Shown here piece after piece: positions 48,292 through 58,203 of a stretch of DNA of 60,806 bases. Source of the stretch: a virus (lineage: Duplodnaviria; Caudoviricetes); IMG/VR virus record IMGVR_UViG_3300048573_000207, positions 1-60,806 of that record; one strand, 5' to 3'. The position numbers were made by a program, and so were the translations under genes. Positions within the stretch are counted from its first letter, which is position 1. The number at the start of each line of letters is the position of its first letter. Below the pieces are notes generated by a model that worked only from the letters and a program-made list of their open reading frames with translations, had not been told where the DNA came from and made no database searches.

Positions 48292-49075
48292 TGGTCCTCA
48301 TTTCGTTATTTAGATCTGTAATAGCACGAATTAAGTCCACATGAAGCCCAGACTTGACCAGGGCAGCTTCAAATGTTTGTACATCTTTTGGAAAGCACTT
48401 GCCCGAGAAACCTGCGGTACCATCTGATCCAGGTACGCTCCAATGACTGGTGCCCAAGCGACCTTCATTCTCAAGCATAACTTGAACAATGTTGTAATCA
48501 GCACCAACTGCTTTGCACAGTTGTTCAACTTGGTTAGCAAAGACCACTTTCATTGCTAGGAATGTGTTGGTGCTTAGTTTTGCAACCATGGCTTCCATTG
48601 GGTCTGTAATAAAAGCCGGTCCTTTGTATTCAGTTAGCAAGTCAGCAAACGCTTCGGCTGGTTCGCCACCTAGTACAATAAACTTTGGACTAACCGAATC
48701 TTCTTGCCAAGTTGCTTCGCGAATGTATTCGGGCCATACAAGCAAGTGTTGGCCCAGTTGTTCGGTATAGTCTTTAATAGCGCCCATACCTAGTGTACTG
48801 CGAACAACAACGGTACCAGTGAATCCGTTTGCCAATGCTTCATTGACTGCATCATTTACATTTTTTGTATTGTTTTCTGGTAATGCCAATGTCTCATCTA
48901 AATCTGTATTCACACAAACAACAACATAGTCAGCTTCGGTCCAATCAGTTGGAATAGGACTAACATTTTTTGCCGGATCGTTGTAAGAGATTTTTACTTC
49001 TGGTAAGAACTTTTTAAGAAATAGCTCTGTGCTTTGTCCAACAATGCCGTAGCCTTGAATAATAATTTTTGTCAT
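48278..49075 (-). CDS. ugd: UDP-glucose/GDP-mannose 6-dehydrogenase family protein (lacks C-terminal domain)
   Basis: GYGIVG Rossmann motif; RST; PEY.RE; K...NTFLA.KV.FAN; GKCFPKD catalytic Cys. Confidence 0.8.
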   Translation of the reverse strand: MTKIIIQGYGIVGQSTELFLKKFLPEVKISYNDPAKNVSPIPTDWTEADYVVVCVNTDLDETLALPENNTKNVNDAVNEALANGFTGTVVVRSTLGMGAIKDYTEQLGQHLLVWPEYIREATWQEDSVSPKFIVLGGEPAEAFADLLTEYKGPAFITDPMEAMVAKLSTNTFLAMKVVFANQVEQLCKAVGADYNIVQVMLENEGRLGTSHWSVPGSDGTAGFSGKCFPKDVQTFEAALVKSGLHVDLIRAITDLNNEMRTNVKE

Positions 49076-49076
49076 T

Positions 49077-49829
49077 TTAACTTTTTATAACATACTCGGA
49101 GTACTTGTTTATGCTTTGATCAAGTAGCGACTCGAGTCTATCTACATCAATCCAACCTTTAATCACCACAAGTATTTTTCTATACTGAGGGTTATAATCT
49201 GCTCCATGCAAGAAATCTTCGTTGTTCCATGCAAATGTATTTGTATCTATCGGAAGTTTGACATAGCGTCTATCCACTTGCGGAACATCACTATGGGGCT
49301 TGCTAACTGCAATGGGTGTTAGCCAAAATGTTTCTGTTGGATTTTGGTCATCTAACATTATGCGAATTTCTGTTGGAAATCGTAGTACACCATCTAAGCT
49401 GGCTGGCATATTGCCGTCATAATGAGGAGGAATGGTGCAATTGGCACTCCATAGCCTAATAGAACGAGTTCTTACAAAAGGCAAAGTCTCAAATATAGAC
49501 TTGACATAGTTAGGCTGGCTTTCTGCAAGTGCAGGAGACAGCTTTGTCACCCATGCAGCATTTTTAAGTAATATTTCGTCCTCGTACAATGCAACACCGT
49601 CCCATTGAGTATAAGACTTTGATACCTTGGTTGGGTCCTTGCCCACTGCACCTCGATCAATATGTTGACGATCTACGCGAGCATGTTCTTCATTCCATAT
49701 GCGCCAGAAATCAGATACATTGTCCAATTCAAACTTGGGCAGTGCCAAAGGTAGGGCAGCTATCCCAGCGTACTTCTCTACCAGCCTAGGAACTTCAGAA
49801 AGTTTAATTAGATTGGCTAAGTTATTCAT
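49077..49829 (-). CDS. 2OG-Fe(II) oxygenase-like protein
   Basis: IPPHYD...WNN..FLHGA...KI (HxD...H). Confidence 0.55.
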   Translation of the reverse strand: MNNLANLIKLSEVPRLVEKYAGIAALPLALPKFELDNVSDFWRIWNEEHARVDRQHIDRGAVGKDPTKVSKSYTQWDGVALYEDEILLKNAAWVTKLSPALAESQPNYVKSIFETLPFVRTRSIRLWSANCTIPPHYDGNMPASLDGVLRFPTEIRIMLDDQNPTETFWLTPIAVSKPHSDVPQVDRRYVKLPIDTNTFAWNNEDFLHGADYNPQYRKILVVIKGWIDVDRLESLLDQSINKYSEYVIKS

Positions 49830-50143
49830 TCTTCGAGCAAATGACGTTTATCTTTGATTGCTTTGAATTCTTCAGCCTCGGGCAATGCTGCTTTCTTCTT
49901 TGAAATAGTAGGCCACTGCAATGCTAGTTTAGCATTGATATCTAACCATGATTTATCTTGCAAATCGTGATCAGACACAATAGCATCAGCAGGACACTCA
50001 GGTACACAAACTGCACAATCAATACAACCATCAGGATCAATTACAAGAAAGTTGGGACCTTCTTTAAAACAATCGACGGGACAGACGTCTATGCAATCAG
50101 TGTACTTGCACTTAATACAACTTTCGGTAACTACAAATGTCAT
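49826..50143 (-). CDS. fdxA: 7Fe ferredoxin (FdxA-like)
   Basis: [25 protein letters not shown]...[12 protein letters not shown]. Confidence 0.9.
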   Translation of the reverse strand: MTFVVTESCIKCKYTDCIDVCPVDCFKEGPNFLVIDPDGCIDCAVCVPECPADAIVSDHDLQDKSWLDINAKLALQWPTISKKKAALPEAEEFKAIKDKRHLLEE

Positions 50144-50144
50144 T

Positions 50145-50558
50145 TTAGATTTTCCAATTCGATTCGATATATTCTTTGTTAGCTGGCGCATTACCAGTTA
50201 ACCCCATCATGCCACGATAGGCTTGCCATGCTTCTTGTACCATCGGATCGGCATGACCCCCAGTAGGAAGCAAATCAGCCCAAATACAAGATTCGGGCAC
50301 CTGACTTCTGAATGTGCCAAAGTTGCGCGGCTGATGGATTTTGCCTTCGCGGAACAATACACTTGCAACGCCGTGGCATTCTGCTTCGTCTAGTCCCAAC
50401 AAGTAGGTGTCCCGCCACATGTATTCAGACACAATAGCATCCAACTGTTCTTGTGTTGTAAATCGTGTTCCGGACACAATTACAACAACATCATCGATGT
50501 CAACTGTGCCATTTACAATATCACGGATACATCGACCTAAGCTAAATCCTACTTTCAT
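50145..50558 (-). CDS. Hypothetical phage protein
   Basis: MKVGFS..RC.RDIV.G...GKIHQPR.FG. Confidence 0.7.
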   Translation of the reverse strand: MKVGFSLGRCIRDIVNGTVDIDDVVVIVSGTRFTTQEQLDAIVSEYMWRDTYLLGLDEAECHGVASVLFREGKIHQPRNFGTFRSQVPESCIWADLLPTGGHADPMVQEAWQAYRGMMGLTGNAPANKEYIESNWKI

Positions 50559-50570
50559 TTTGAATTCCTA

Positions 50571-51002
50571 TTATTGATTACTATCGGGACCTGAAAGCAG
50601 TGCTTCCAGTGCTTTGTATTCATTGTATAACTCTTTTAACATTGGATACTTTTCATGCTTTTCAAAGTCCGGTGTTAAGATAAGCAAACGCTTTTTAAGT
50701 GTTTCCATCATGTCGGCTAATTCGTCAATGTCAATTGTGCTTCGAGCTGTTTTAATAGTGTTCTTGCTATACTCAGTAGTATCTGCATTAAATGCGTCAG
50801 AACTACCAAATGAAAAGCTATTCCCATTGGTCCAGCTATTACTAGCAATGCTAACAGTATTGGCACTGGACCCAATGCTACCAATCTCTTGGGCAACGAA
50901 ACCAACAGTTGTATTGGTTTCATCCCATTTGTATTCAATGGGATTAATGGAGGACAGCACATCTTTTAGTTTGTTTTTATCGCTATCATCCATTATGATC
51001 AC
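50571..51002 (-). CDS. Hypothetical protein
   Basis: Coupled to folE; contains a short INPIEYKW...GFVAQE segment. Confidence 0.6.
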   Translation of the reverse strand: MIIMDDSDKNKLKDVLSSINPIEYKWDETNTTVGFVAQEIGSIGSSANTVSIASNSWTNGNSFSFGSSDAFNADTTEYSKNTIKTARSTIDIDELADMMETLKKRLLILTPDFEKHEKYPMLKELYNEYKALEALLSGPDSNQ

Positions 51003-51817
51003 CGTGGTGCAAATTCTTGTTGGAGTTTGATGTTGTCAAAGAACTCTTTCTTTGTAGCTGGGTCATCTTTAAATGTACCACGAAGCACTGTAGTCTGCGT
51101 CAATGAACTATGTGCCATAATGCCACGATTCTCACAGCAACCATGTACTGCCTGAACATATACTGCTACGTTTTCGGAGTCAGTAGCTTTACTAATTTCT
51201 CTAGCAATGTCATTACATAGCTCTTCTTGAAGTGTGCCACGGCGAGCGCACCACTGAGCAATACGAGTGTACTTGCTAAGACCAATGAGCTTTTGAGCGG
51301 CAATAATCCCAATATAAGCAACGCCACTAACAGGCTGGTGATGATGTGAACACATACTACGAAGCTCACTACGTACCACCAACATGCCTTCATATCGATC
51401 TTGGCTATCATTTGGGAAAGCCGTTGCATCAGGAGCTGGTTCATATCTACCTTCCATAATTTCATTAAAGTACATCTTGGCTAGTCGTCGAGCCGTACCT
51501 TTTGAGTTTGGATCGTTTTCACGATCAATAAGCAATGCATCTAGCACACCTTCGAATGCTAAGGCTGCTTCGTTGATAAGTTGTTCTTTATCGTAGCCGT
51601 CTTCATCTAAGTATTCGCTGATGTTATCACCTGCCCAGAAACGTTTTCCATCACGTTTCATTTTAGCACGAATAGCATTACCTAGATAGCCTTCTTCGTC
51701 TTTGTTAAGCGTTGCATCAGCAGCTTTGACAAATACTTCTTTACCTAGTGGTACGTATTCGTCTTGTTTAAATTCTAGTTCTGGTGTACTAGGATCTTGT
51801 TTAAATTCTTTATCCAA
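50999..51817 (-). CDS. folE: GTP cyclohydrolase I
   Basis: SMCSHHH, GLSK..R, LQEEL and H.C...RG motifs; TTG start with GGAG RBS. Confidence 0.93.
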   Translation of the reverse strand: MDKEFKQDPSTPELEFKQDEYVPLGKEVFVKAADATLNKDEEGYLGNAIRAKMKRDGKRFWAGDNISEYLDEDGYDKEQLINEAALAFEGVLDALLIDRENDPNSKGTARRLAKMYFNEIMEGRYEPAPDATAFPNDSQDRYEGMLVVRSELRSMCSHHHQPVSGVAYIGIIAAQKLIGLSKYTRIAQWCARRGTLQEELCNDIAREISKATDSENVAVYVQAVHGCCENRGIMAHSSLTQTTVLRGTFKDDPATKKEFFDNIKLQQEFAPR

Positions 51818-51861
51818 TTTTTATTTCTCCGAGTTATGATGACGTGGATGTCATATTGTTT

Positions 51862-51890
51862 ATTATAGCATCTATTTAGGGATTGAGCAA
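51862..51890 (-). promoter_or_regulatory. Promoter for folE
   Basis: TTGCTC-N17-TATAAT with an embedded TAAATA. Confidence 0.55.
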
Positions 51891-52193
51891 GACCTCAGAT
51901 GACCAAGTTAGCAAATAAAGCATTAAATCTTCTGGCTTCTTAAAGTGGACCATGATAGTAATGTCAAACATTTCATGTGAGTACTTGGCTGATTCAATCT
52001 TTGATAACTTGCGCCAGTTAAACGGATCACCTTTGTAATCTGTTGCAATCCAACGATTCTTGCAATTGTCAATCAACCACCGCCTAATGTCCTTTAATGT
52101 GTACACATAGGCAGCAGTCTTGGCCGAATATACCTTATCCGTTATTAGCGTTGGCATAAAATTCGCTGACTCGCAAATTATCCCATCCGCCAA
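51876..52193 (-). CDS. Hypothetical protein
   Basis: ORF in the operon; start uncertain. Confidence 0.5.
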   Translation of the reverse strand: MADGIICESANFMPTLITDKVYSAKTAAYVYTLKDIRRWLIDNCKNRWIATDYKGDPFNWRKLSKIESAKYSHEMFDITIMVHFKKPEDLMLYLLTWSSEVLLNP

Positions 52194-52383
52194 TTAGTGT
52201 TCCATCAATGATAATTTGTGGTACTGTACGGGCAGTTGGAACTGCTTCTAATAAGTTTTCACGAGTGAAGCCATTATGGCCAATTTTGTGTTCTGTAAAG
52301 GCTAGGCCTTTGCTTGTAAGCCATGCTTTTGCTTGGTCGCAATAAGGACAATGGTCCTTGCTATAAACTACAATTGCTGTCAT
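52135..52383 (-). CDS. Glutaredoxin
   Basis: CPYC, TVPQI and IGG motifs. Confidence 0.93.
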   Translation of the reverse strand: MTAIVVYSKDHCPYCDQAKAWLTSKGLAFTEHKIGHNGFTRENLLEAVPTARTVPQIIIDGTLIGGWDNLRVSEFYANANNG

Positions 52384-52544
52384 ATTCCTGCTCCGTTATC
52401 AAATAATTCTTCTTCGTATTTTTTTAATGCTGCTTGGTACTGTTCTTCAGTGAGACCATGCCAGCCAATACACTTACCAGTTGGGCTACGACCGCAACCA
52501 CACCGACCAAACTCTTCTGGATTTTCTTTTACTCTTACTTGCAT
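52380..52544 (-). CDS. CDGSH-type iron-sulfur small protein
   Basis: CGCGRSPTGKCIGWH. Confidence 0.65.
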   Translation of the reverse strand: MQVRVKENPEEFGRCGCGRSPTGKCIGWHGLTEEQYQAALKKYEEELFDNGAGI

Positions 52545-52545
52545 A

Positions 52546-52746
52546 TTACGCTCCTGATGTGTCGTATGTTTGAGCAAAGATATCTTTCTTTACTGCACCA
52601 TAGTCACCTGTACCTTCTAATGTTTCTACTGTACCCGAGTCGATGGCTGTTTGATACTTGATAGGACTTGGCTTCTTGTATGTTTCAAATCCGCCATGAT
52701 CAAACCAAGCATCATTGATACCGTTTTCTAACTCATTGATTTTCAT
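52546..52746 (-). pseudogene. Short, probably internally deleted PGDYG-like protein
   Basis: TVETLEG joined directly to TGDYGAVKKDIFAQTY. Confidence 0.45.
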
Positions 52747-53164
52747 TTTTTTCCCTTTCAGCTTCGTATACACGTTTTCTTAAACTGCTTGAACTAAAAC
52801 TATGATCACGACCGTTAAAGTATAAATCAATGTTTCGCTTGTGACAAATTTCACGTCCAGTAAACTCTTTACCCTCATACTCAACACCTAAGATGCGAAC
52901 ATTGATTGGTAAAGTAAGCAATAGATCTTCAAGGTCTTTTTCAGTATTGTACACCCAAACTTCGTCTACATAACGACTGCCTTTGAGTTGCATCTGTCGT
53001 TCCACAATGCTTTGCACAGGAGCATTTTTGGTAGGTCGATCCAGTGTGGGGTCGTTTTGCAACCCACAAATAAGATAGTCGCATTGTGTCTTTGCTTCTT
53101 GCAGCATGGACACATGGCCAGCATGCAGCAAGTCCCACGTTGAACACGTAAATCCCACTTTCAT
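52733..53164 (-). CDS. Cytidylyltransferase (TagD / glycerol-3-phosphate CT-like)
   Basis: DLLHAGH, ER..QL...YVDEV and SSSSLR motifs. Confidence 0.85.
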   Translation of the reverse strand: MKVGFTCSTWDLLHAGHVSMLQEAKTQCDYLICGLQNDPTLDRPTKNAPVQSIVERQMQLKGSRYVDEVWVYNTEKDLEDLLLTLPINVRILGVEYEGKEFTGREICHKRNIDLYFNGRDHSFSSSSLRKRVYEAEREKNENQ

Positions 53165-54156
53165 GCTCTCCCCTTGTACTCTGCAGAGTTATACCAGGCC
53201 CATGCAGTTTTAACAATATTGTCAATGCCGCTGTGTTCTGGTTCCCAGCCAATGGTCTTTTTGGCTTTGTCGGCATACGCAACCAATGTGGCCGGATCGC
53301 CTTCTCGCATTGGACCCTTGTGTACTAAAACTGTACGACCAGTAATGCGTTCAACTGAAGCAATAATTTCAGAGATGCTGGTACCCTTACCTGAACCAAG
53401 ATTTAACTCAACTGAAGTTCCTTTGTCAACTGCCTCTCCCCACTTGGTTGCAAGAAAGTGTGCTTCGGCAATGTCGGCCACGTGCAGGTAGTCTCGAACG
53501 CAGGTACCGTCGTGAGTGGGATACTCAGTTCCGTTTAATGTAAACACACCTTTGTTCACAATGGTTTCCATGATTCGAGCAATAACATGTGTTGCTGATT
53601 TTAACTGACCATGTCTAACTTGATCATCTGCGCCACATGCATTAAAGTAACGAAGTGCAACGGTTCTATAGCCATATGCCTTTGCACAATCACGCAGCAC
53701 TTGTTCAGCCATCAGCTTGCTATGACCGTAAGGACTGATTGGAACAGTTGGACTATTTTCTGTAAGTGTATTAGATCGCGGCTCGCCATACACCGCAGCA
53801 CTTGATGAATACACCACAGTCTTATGCCAGCCACGTTCAGCCAGCGTGGCCAGCAGTTTAGCAGTGCTGCCCACGTTGTTGGCATAGTAAAGTCCCGGGT
53901 CTTTTAAACTGGGCCCCACCAGGCTTGTTCCAGCAATATGAATCAGTGCAACAGGATTTTTATCAATGAACGAATTGATAAAGATTGCATTGTTAAAGTC
54001 GCCTTTGATAACTTGATCTAGTGATTCGGCAATCCAAGGCGCTGTGTTGTTGCGATCTACTCCAAGGACTTTATAGCCCAAGTCCTTGAAGCGTAGTGCA
54101 GTCTGCCCACCAATGTATCCGTTGCAACCAGTGATAGCAATCCATTTGTCTGCCAT
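53161..54156 (-). CDS. galE: UDP-glucose 4-epimerase
   Basis: G.NGYIG, SSSAAVYG, Y..SK, LRYFN and DGTCVRDYLHV motifs. Confidence 0.9.
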   Translation of the reverse strand: MADKWIAITGCNGYIGGQTALRFKDLGYKVLGVDRNNTAPWIAESLDQVIKGDFNNAIFINSFIDKNPVALIHIAGTSLVGPSLKDPGLYYANNVGSTAKLLATLAERGWHKTVVYSSSAAVYGEPRSNTLTENSPTVPISPYGHSKLMAEQVLRDCAKAYGYRTVALRYFNACGADDQVRHGQLKSATHVIARIMETIVNKGVFTLNGTEYPTHDGTCVRDYLHVADIAEAHFLATKWGEAVDKGTSVELNLGSGKGTSISEIIASVERITGRTVLVHKGPMREGDPATLVAYADKAKKTIGWEPEHSGIDNIVKTAWAWYNSAEYKGRA

Positions 54157-55337
54157 TAGTATTTTGCTCCTGCTACATGATCACGATAGCGATTACCTGC
54201 ACGGTTCCACTGCTCGCCTTTGCCTTCGATGATATCTAATACTCGATCAATGGTACCATCGTTCCAGTCGCTAATCTTACCTTGGTTGACGTGAGGTCCA
54301 GATAGTTGAATACGCAATTTGTTTACAGCGTCATCGATAGACCAAGGTACATAAAGCCGGGTATGGTCATTGGCGAATGTCTCAGGAAAGCTACGATAAG
54401 CAGGATACAAAACATTACAACCAAGAGCATCGGCTTCGCTAACGGTGTTTGAAACCCAATCCTGTAAAGCACAGTTGAACAAAACACGGCTATCATTGAC
54501 AAGATTATAGTAATCATTCTTTTGCAAATCCTTGTAAATCTTTAGCTTGCCTTCTGCTTCCATCTTGTAAGCACGTTCAAGATATTTAGGATTATTGCTA
54601 CGCAATGGTCCACCGCTTAGTACTGCGAACTCAACCGGATTGTTGGGTTGCTCAGCATGCCACTTCTCAATCAAGTCCATGAAAAAGTCTGGCTGCTTCT
54701 CTTGATCAAAACGTGCAGCAAACACTACACGATTAGCTCGTTCTGGCCAAGACTTGATATTTTCTGCGCCGCCGATGCGAGCACGTACTTCTTCTTTACC
54801 AAATGCTAAACCAGAGATGTTATAGATAGGAGCAGTCCAGTTTGCGATGCGCATGTGGGCTACCATCTCTTCGTTAGTGGCCAACACAGTAGCAAACTCA
54901 TTTACCATTTGCTCGTATGTACTCATCCACTTGGCCATACCCCATACATGAACAAAGTCATCGGGGTCAATCGCTTGTGCTAAACAACGTACAAAGATTT
55001 TAGGGCGCTGTTCTGCAGGAATCTGATCCATGATGTAAGGCAACGATTCGATGCCTGGTTGGAACATGTCTTCGAAGTAAATAACGTCTTGACCAGTAAC
55101 CTCGCCACTGCGCATCATCTGTACGAGATTCATCATCTGACTCATACCAAAGTAGCTTCGTCCATGTGCGTCTAACACTTGTCCTACTGAGATAGCCTTA
55201 GTGTTGTCAATAGTACTGCCTGGCACAATAACATAGTCAATGCCACGCCGTTTAAACACCGCTTCGTTCCAGTCTTGCAACTGTAGAGTGTATCTTCCCT
55301 GGTACGGCTCAAGTCCCATATACCACAACTTTCGCAT
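54156..55337 (-). CDS. GT-B fold glycosyltransferase
   Basis: FAARFDQEKQP...QDWVSNTVSEA..LGC..LYP (GT4-like C-domain). Confidence 0.75.
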   Translation of the reverse strand: MRKLWYMGLEPYQGRYTLQLQDWNEAVFKRRGIDYVIVPGSTIDNTKAISVGQVLDAHGRSYFGMSQMMNLVQMMRSGEVTGQDVIYFEDMFQPGIESLPYIMDQIPAEQRPKIFVRCLAQAIDPDDFVHVWGMAKWMSTYEQMVNEFATVLATNEEMVAHMRIANWTAPIYNISGLAFGKEEVRARIGGAENIKSWPERANRVVFAARFDQEKQPDFFMDLIEKWHAEQPNNPVEFAVLSGGPLRSNNPKYLERAYKMEAEGKLKIYKDLQKNDYYNLVNDSRVLFNCALQDWVSNTVSEADALGCNVLYPAYRSFPETFANDHTRLYVPWSIDDAVNKLRIQLSGPHVNQGKISDWNDGTIDRVLDIIEGKGEQWNRAGNRYRDHVAGAKY

Positions 55338-55399
55338 AAATTAGGTCTCCAATGCTAAATAAAATAATACTTATACAAGTATATAGGATATAAAAATAA

Positions 55400-56320
55400 A
55401 TGTCAACTAAAAAACTTACTCAGCAACAATTTTTGAACAGATGCATAGAAATTCACGGATCAAATTTTGATTACTCATTGGCATCTTATGTAAATGCTAT
55501 TACTAAGGTTACTATCAAATGCAATACATGTAATCACATATGGAGTGTCACTCCTAATAATTTTCTTAATAATCATAGTAGATCAGGGTGTCCAAACTGC
55601 AAACGTATTAAACAAATTGGGCGAGATACAAAAACAACTAGTAACATATTGGAAGAAATTAAAGCATGCCACGGTGATACATTTTTGTATGACCGGTTGG
55701 TTTATGTTAATTGTAATACCAAAGTAACCGTTGGGTGTAAAGTGCATGGATATTTTGACAAGTGGCCTAATGACTTAAAGCACGGGTCAGGATGCCCAAA
55801 GTGTTCGGGCAGTTTAGTAACGACAGACGAGTTTATCAATGATATGAAACTTAAACATTCAAACTTTGATTTTTCAAAATTTGTTTACACATCAGCAGCA
55901 ACTAAGTCTACGGTAATTTGCCAAGAGCACGGAGAATTTTTACAAACTCCGTCGGGGTTAAGAGCAACAAAACCCAACTATGGTTGTGCAAAATGCGGAG
56001 TCAAAAATCAATTGTTAACCTCTATTATCAACGGAAATATACGAGATCCCAAAGATATTCCTGAATACGAAAAATATCGTAAACAAGTCTGGAAAATATC
56101 AAATCAACAATTTGTCGAACACTATTGCAAGATCAATCCCGAAGACATCAAACGCGGACCTAAATATCACCTAGATCACAAATATTCAATACAACAAGGA
56201 TGGCAAAACATCGTTTTGCCAGAAATAATCGGAGGTTGGAAAAATCTTCAACTTCTTCCGGCAAAACAAAATCAATCAAAATCTAACAAATGTAGCGTTT
56301 TGCTCGAGGAAATACTATAA
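55400..56320 (+). CDS. Homing endonuclease with repeated zinc-ribbon modules and C-terminal HNH-like domain
   Basis: Three (F.Y....Y....KV...C..H/C..C...GCP.C) modules; HLDHKYS...NLQ.L....N.SKSN. Confidence 0.8.
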   Translation: MSTKKLTQQQFLNRCIEIHGSNFDYSLASYVNAITKVTIKCNTCNHIWSVTPNNFLNNHSRSGCPNCKRIKQIGRDTKTTSNILEEIKACHGDTFLYDRLVYVNCNTKVTVGCKVHGYFDKWPNDLKHGSGCPKCSGSLVTTDEFINDMKLKHSNFDFSKFVYTSAATKSTVICQEHGEFLQTPSGLRATKPNYGCAKCGVKNQLLTSIINGNIRDPKDIPEYEKYRKQVWKISNQQFVEHYCKINPEDIKRGPKYHLDHKYSIQQGWQNIVLPEIIGGWKNLQLLPAKQNQSKSNKCSVLLEEIL

Positions 56321-56334
56321 AATAGTTTTCTCAT
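56317..56334 (-). pseudogene. Orphan glycosyltransferase N-terminal stub (MRKLFY)
   Basis: AAGGA RBS and TTGCTT-N17-TATAAT upstream; matches the GT start MRKLWY. Confidence 0.75.
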
Positions 56335-56375
56335 TATAAAATCCTTTATTAGATATTATAGCAAAGCGCAAACGA

Positions 56376-56405
56376 AAAAGCAACGGCTTTTTACACCGTT
56401 GCTTT
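56376..56405 (-). terminator. Intrinsic terminator
   Basis: AAAGCAACGG/CCGTTGCTTT hairpin running into Ts on the minus strand. Confidence 0.65.
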
Positions 56406-56416
56406 GCCATCATGTA

Positions 56417-56899
56417 TTACAGGCGATTAGGCATGCAACATAAGCCATCTGCACTATGGATTGTCTCACGACACCATGCGCTCTTGTAAAGACCAACGTG
56501 GATCTTAATAGCCTTGCTAGCGCGGTCACGACCGCTTTGAATATTGACCGTGTAGGTAAAACTACGGTCGCCACTTGCTTCGTGTGTGCGAAGCTCCGGT
56601 GTGTCAATGGTGTATGCAAAGATCATACCGCTCTTGCACAAGTCCATCAAGTACTGGTTGTAGAAATCTAGTGGCAAGTGCCCTAGCTCTGCGCTCAACA
56701 CACCATCATACAACTCACTGATTTTCAGCAAGTCGAACTTGATGTGGTTGATGTTAAGGCCAGACCGCCGAGGTTGGTACTGGCTATTGTTGTTGTAACC
56801 ACGCTGTTCACGTGGGCCACGGTTGTCGCGATAACCGCGATCGTTATTGAACTTAACGTGATTGTTAAGCGTATTGCTTGAGGCATCCATTTTCGCCAT
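56417..56899 (-). CDS. Hypothetical protein with Arg/Gly/Asn-rich disordered N-terminus
   Basis: AAGG RBS before ATG 56899; DRGYRDNRGPREQRGYNNN. Confidence 0.65.
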   Translation of the reverse strand: MAKMDASSNTLNNHVKFNNDRGYRDNRGPREQRGYNNNSQYQPRRSGLNINHIKFDLLKISELYDGVLSAELGHLPLDFYNQYLMDLCKSGMIFAYTIDTPELRTHEASGDRSFTYTVNIQSGRDRASKAIKIHVGLYKSAWCRETIHSADGLCCMPNRL

Positions 56900-57093
56900 C
56901 CTTTGAATTTTGATAAGATTTGATAAATGATAACGATAGAGAAATAGGACTATGCCCAAACTTACTAACGTTAACTCTAATATACTTGTTTTTATGTGGG
57001 AGTCAAGCTGTCTACATAAGTTATAACTCCAAAAATGAGATGTGTTGAAAACATTACTCAATGTCCTGCCGTATTAAAAATTCAAAGAATTAG

Positions 57094-57471
57094 TTAAGGC
57101 TTATACTCAATAATACCGTCAGATTCACCATCTTCGGAAACCACTATTTCATAGTGACGTTCTCCGTAAAGCGGCCTAAGATGATTTTCTAAAATATCAG
57201 TTGCAATCATCTCACACGACTTGTGATTTTGATTTCCAGACTTGATAAATTCCTGCAGTGCCCATTTAACCAAGAAAAATTCTAATTCGCGATCTAGGTG
57301 TTCGACTGAAATTTTTACTTCTACTTTGAACATATGACGATGCTCGTTTTCAAGAAATTTGATACGAGAATCAATTAATCCTGCATTTGGGTAGTAGTGC
57401 CATCCTTCAAATTCAGTTCGAACTTTAATAAATGTCATTTTGTTAGGACCACTGTCTTGTGACATAACCAT
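57094..57471 (-). CDS. T-fold QueD-like protein with LxxxHRHxF motif (DpdL-like)
   Basis: F...H...FLENEHRHMF...SCEMIA...V.EDGE. Confidence 0.7.
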   Translation of the reverse strand: MVMSQDSGPNKMTFIKVRTEFEGWHYYPNAGLIDSRIKFLENEHRHMFKVEVKISVEHLDRELEFFLVKWALQEFIKSGNQNHKSCEMIATDILENHLRPLYGERHYEIVVSEDGESDGIIEYKP

Positions 57472-57474
57472 TCC

Positions 57475-57675
57475 TTAATCAATGTAGTTGTTGGCTTTTA
57501 AGTAAACCCACATCTTCCAATCAATAGCTTGAAGATGCTTTAATACTTCATCTAACTTTGTATTAAGTTCTTCGACTGTAACAGCCGGAGCACCTTCTGC
57601 TACTGGAGCTTTACTTGGGACTGGTCTTTTAGTTGGCTTATTAAAATTGCCAACTTTGACTTCTTCTTCACTCAT
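57475..57675 (-). CDS. Small hypothetical protein
   Basis: AAGGA RBS; IDWKMW motif. Confidence 0.7.
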   Translation of the reverse strand: MSEEEVKVGNFNKPTKRPVPSKAPVAEGAPAVTVEELNTKLDEVLKHLQAIDWKMWVYLKANNYID

Positions 57676-57684
57676 TGTGCTTCC

Positions 57685-58203
57685 TTAGTTTACGGGATTA
57701 TCGCCTACATAGGCATGCCAGGGTGTAAATGTGTCTCTATTCATAAGGTTATGTAAAGAATGACACCACACACCGGGGTTAGTTGCATTAAAACCTTTGT
57801 CATCAATTTTAATTGTTGTATTGTAGTTAAGCAATCTTGTATAGGGTAGTTTGACCGAAATCATTGGAATAACACGATTATCTTCAGAAGCACGGCTTTC
57901 TAAGAAGCCTTCAACTTGAGCCGAAGTTAAATCTATGGTCACATAATCAACTGCACTCGATTCAAGTACACCTTCGATCATATCGTCCCAAGATTTCCAA
58001 ACATCGTGATCATCATTACCTACTTCATGTAAACTCATATTAGCACCAATATAAACGTGCCGTGACTTTGAGTTTAACACATTAGCAATGATTGTGTCAA
58101 CCGGTTGAATGCCAACTACAAACAAGGTTCGCAGGCCTTTGGCAGGAGAGTTTTCGACTTCTACTCCTGTAAAGAAATCCGGAGCAACACGTTCAATTGT
58201 CAT
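57685..58203 (-). CDS. Hypothetical protein coupled to the TGT-like gene
   Basis: FFTGVEVE.SP..G..TLFVVG...KIDD..F.ATNPGVWCH. Confidence 0.7.
   Translation of the reverse strand: MTIERVAPDFFTGVEVENSPAKGLRTLFVVGIQPVDTIIANVLNSKSRHVYIGANMSLHEVGNDDHDVWKSWDDMIEGVLESSAVDYVTIDLTSAQVEGFLESRASEDNRVIPMISVKLPYTRLLNYNTTIKIDDKGFNATNPGVWCHSLHNLMNRDTFTPWHAYVGDNPVN

Noticed and set aside
50890-50960. Peptidase S74 chaperone call for ORF 50571-51002
   Set aside because: Only a short INPIEYKW...GFVAQE match is present; the rest of the domain and the tail-fibre context are missing
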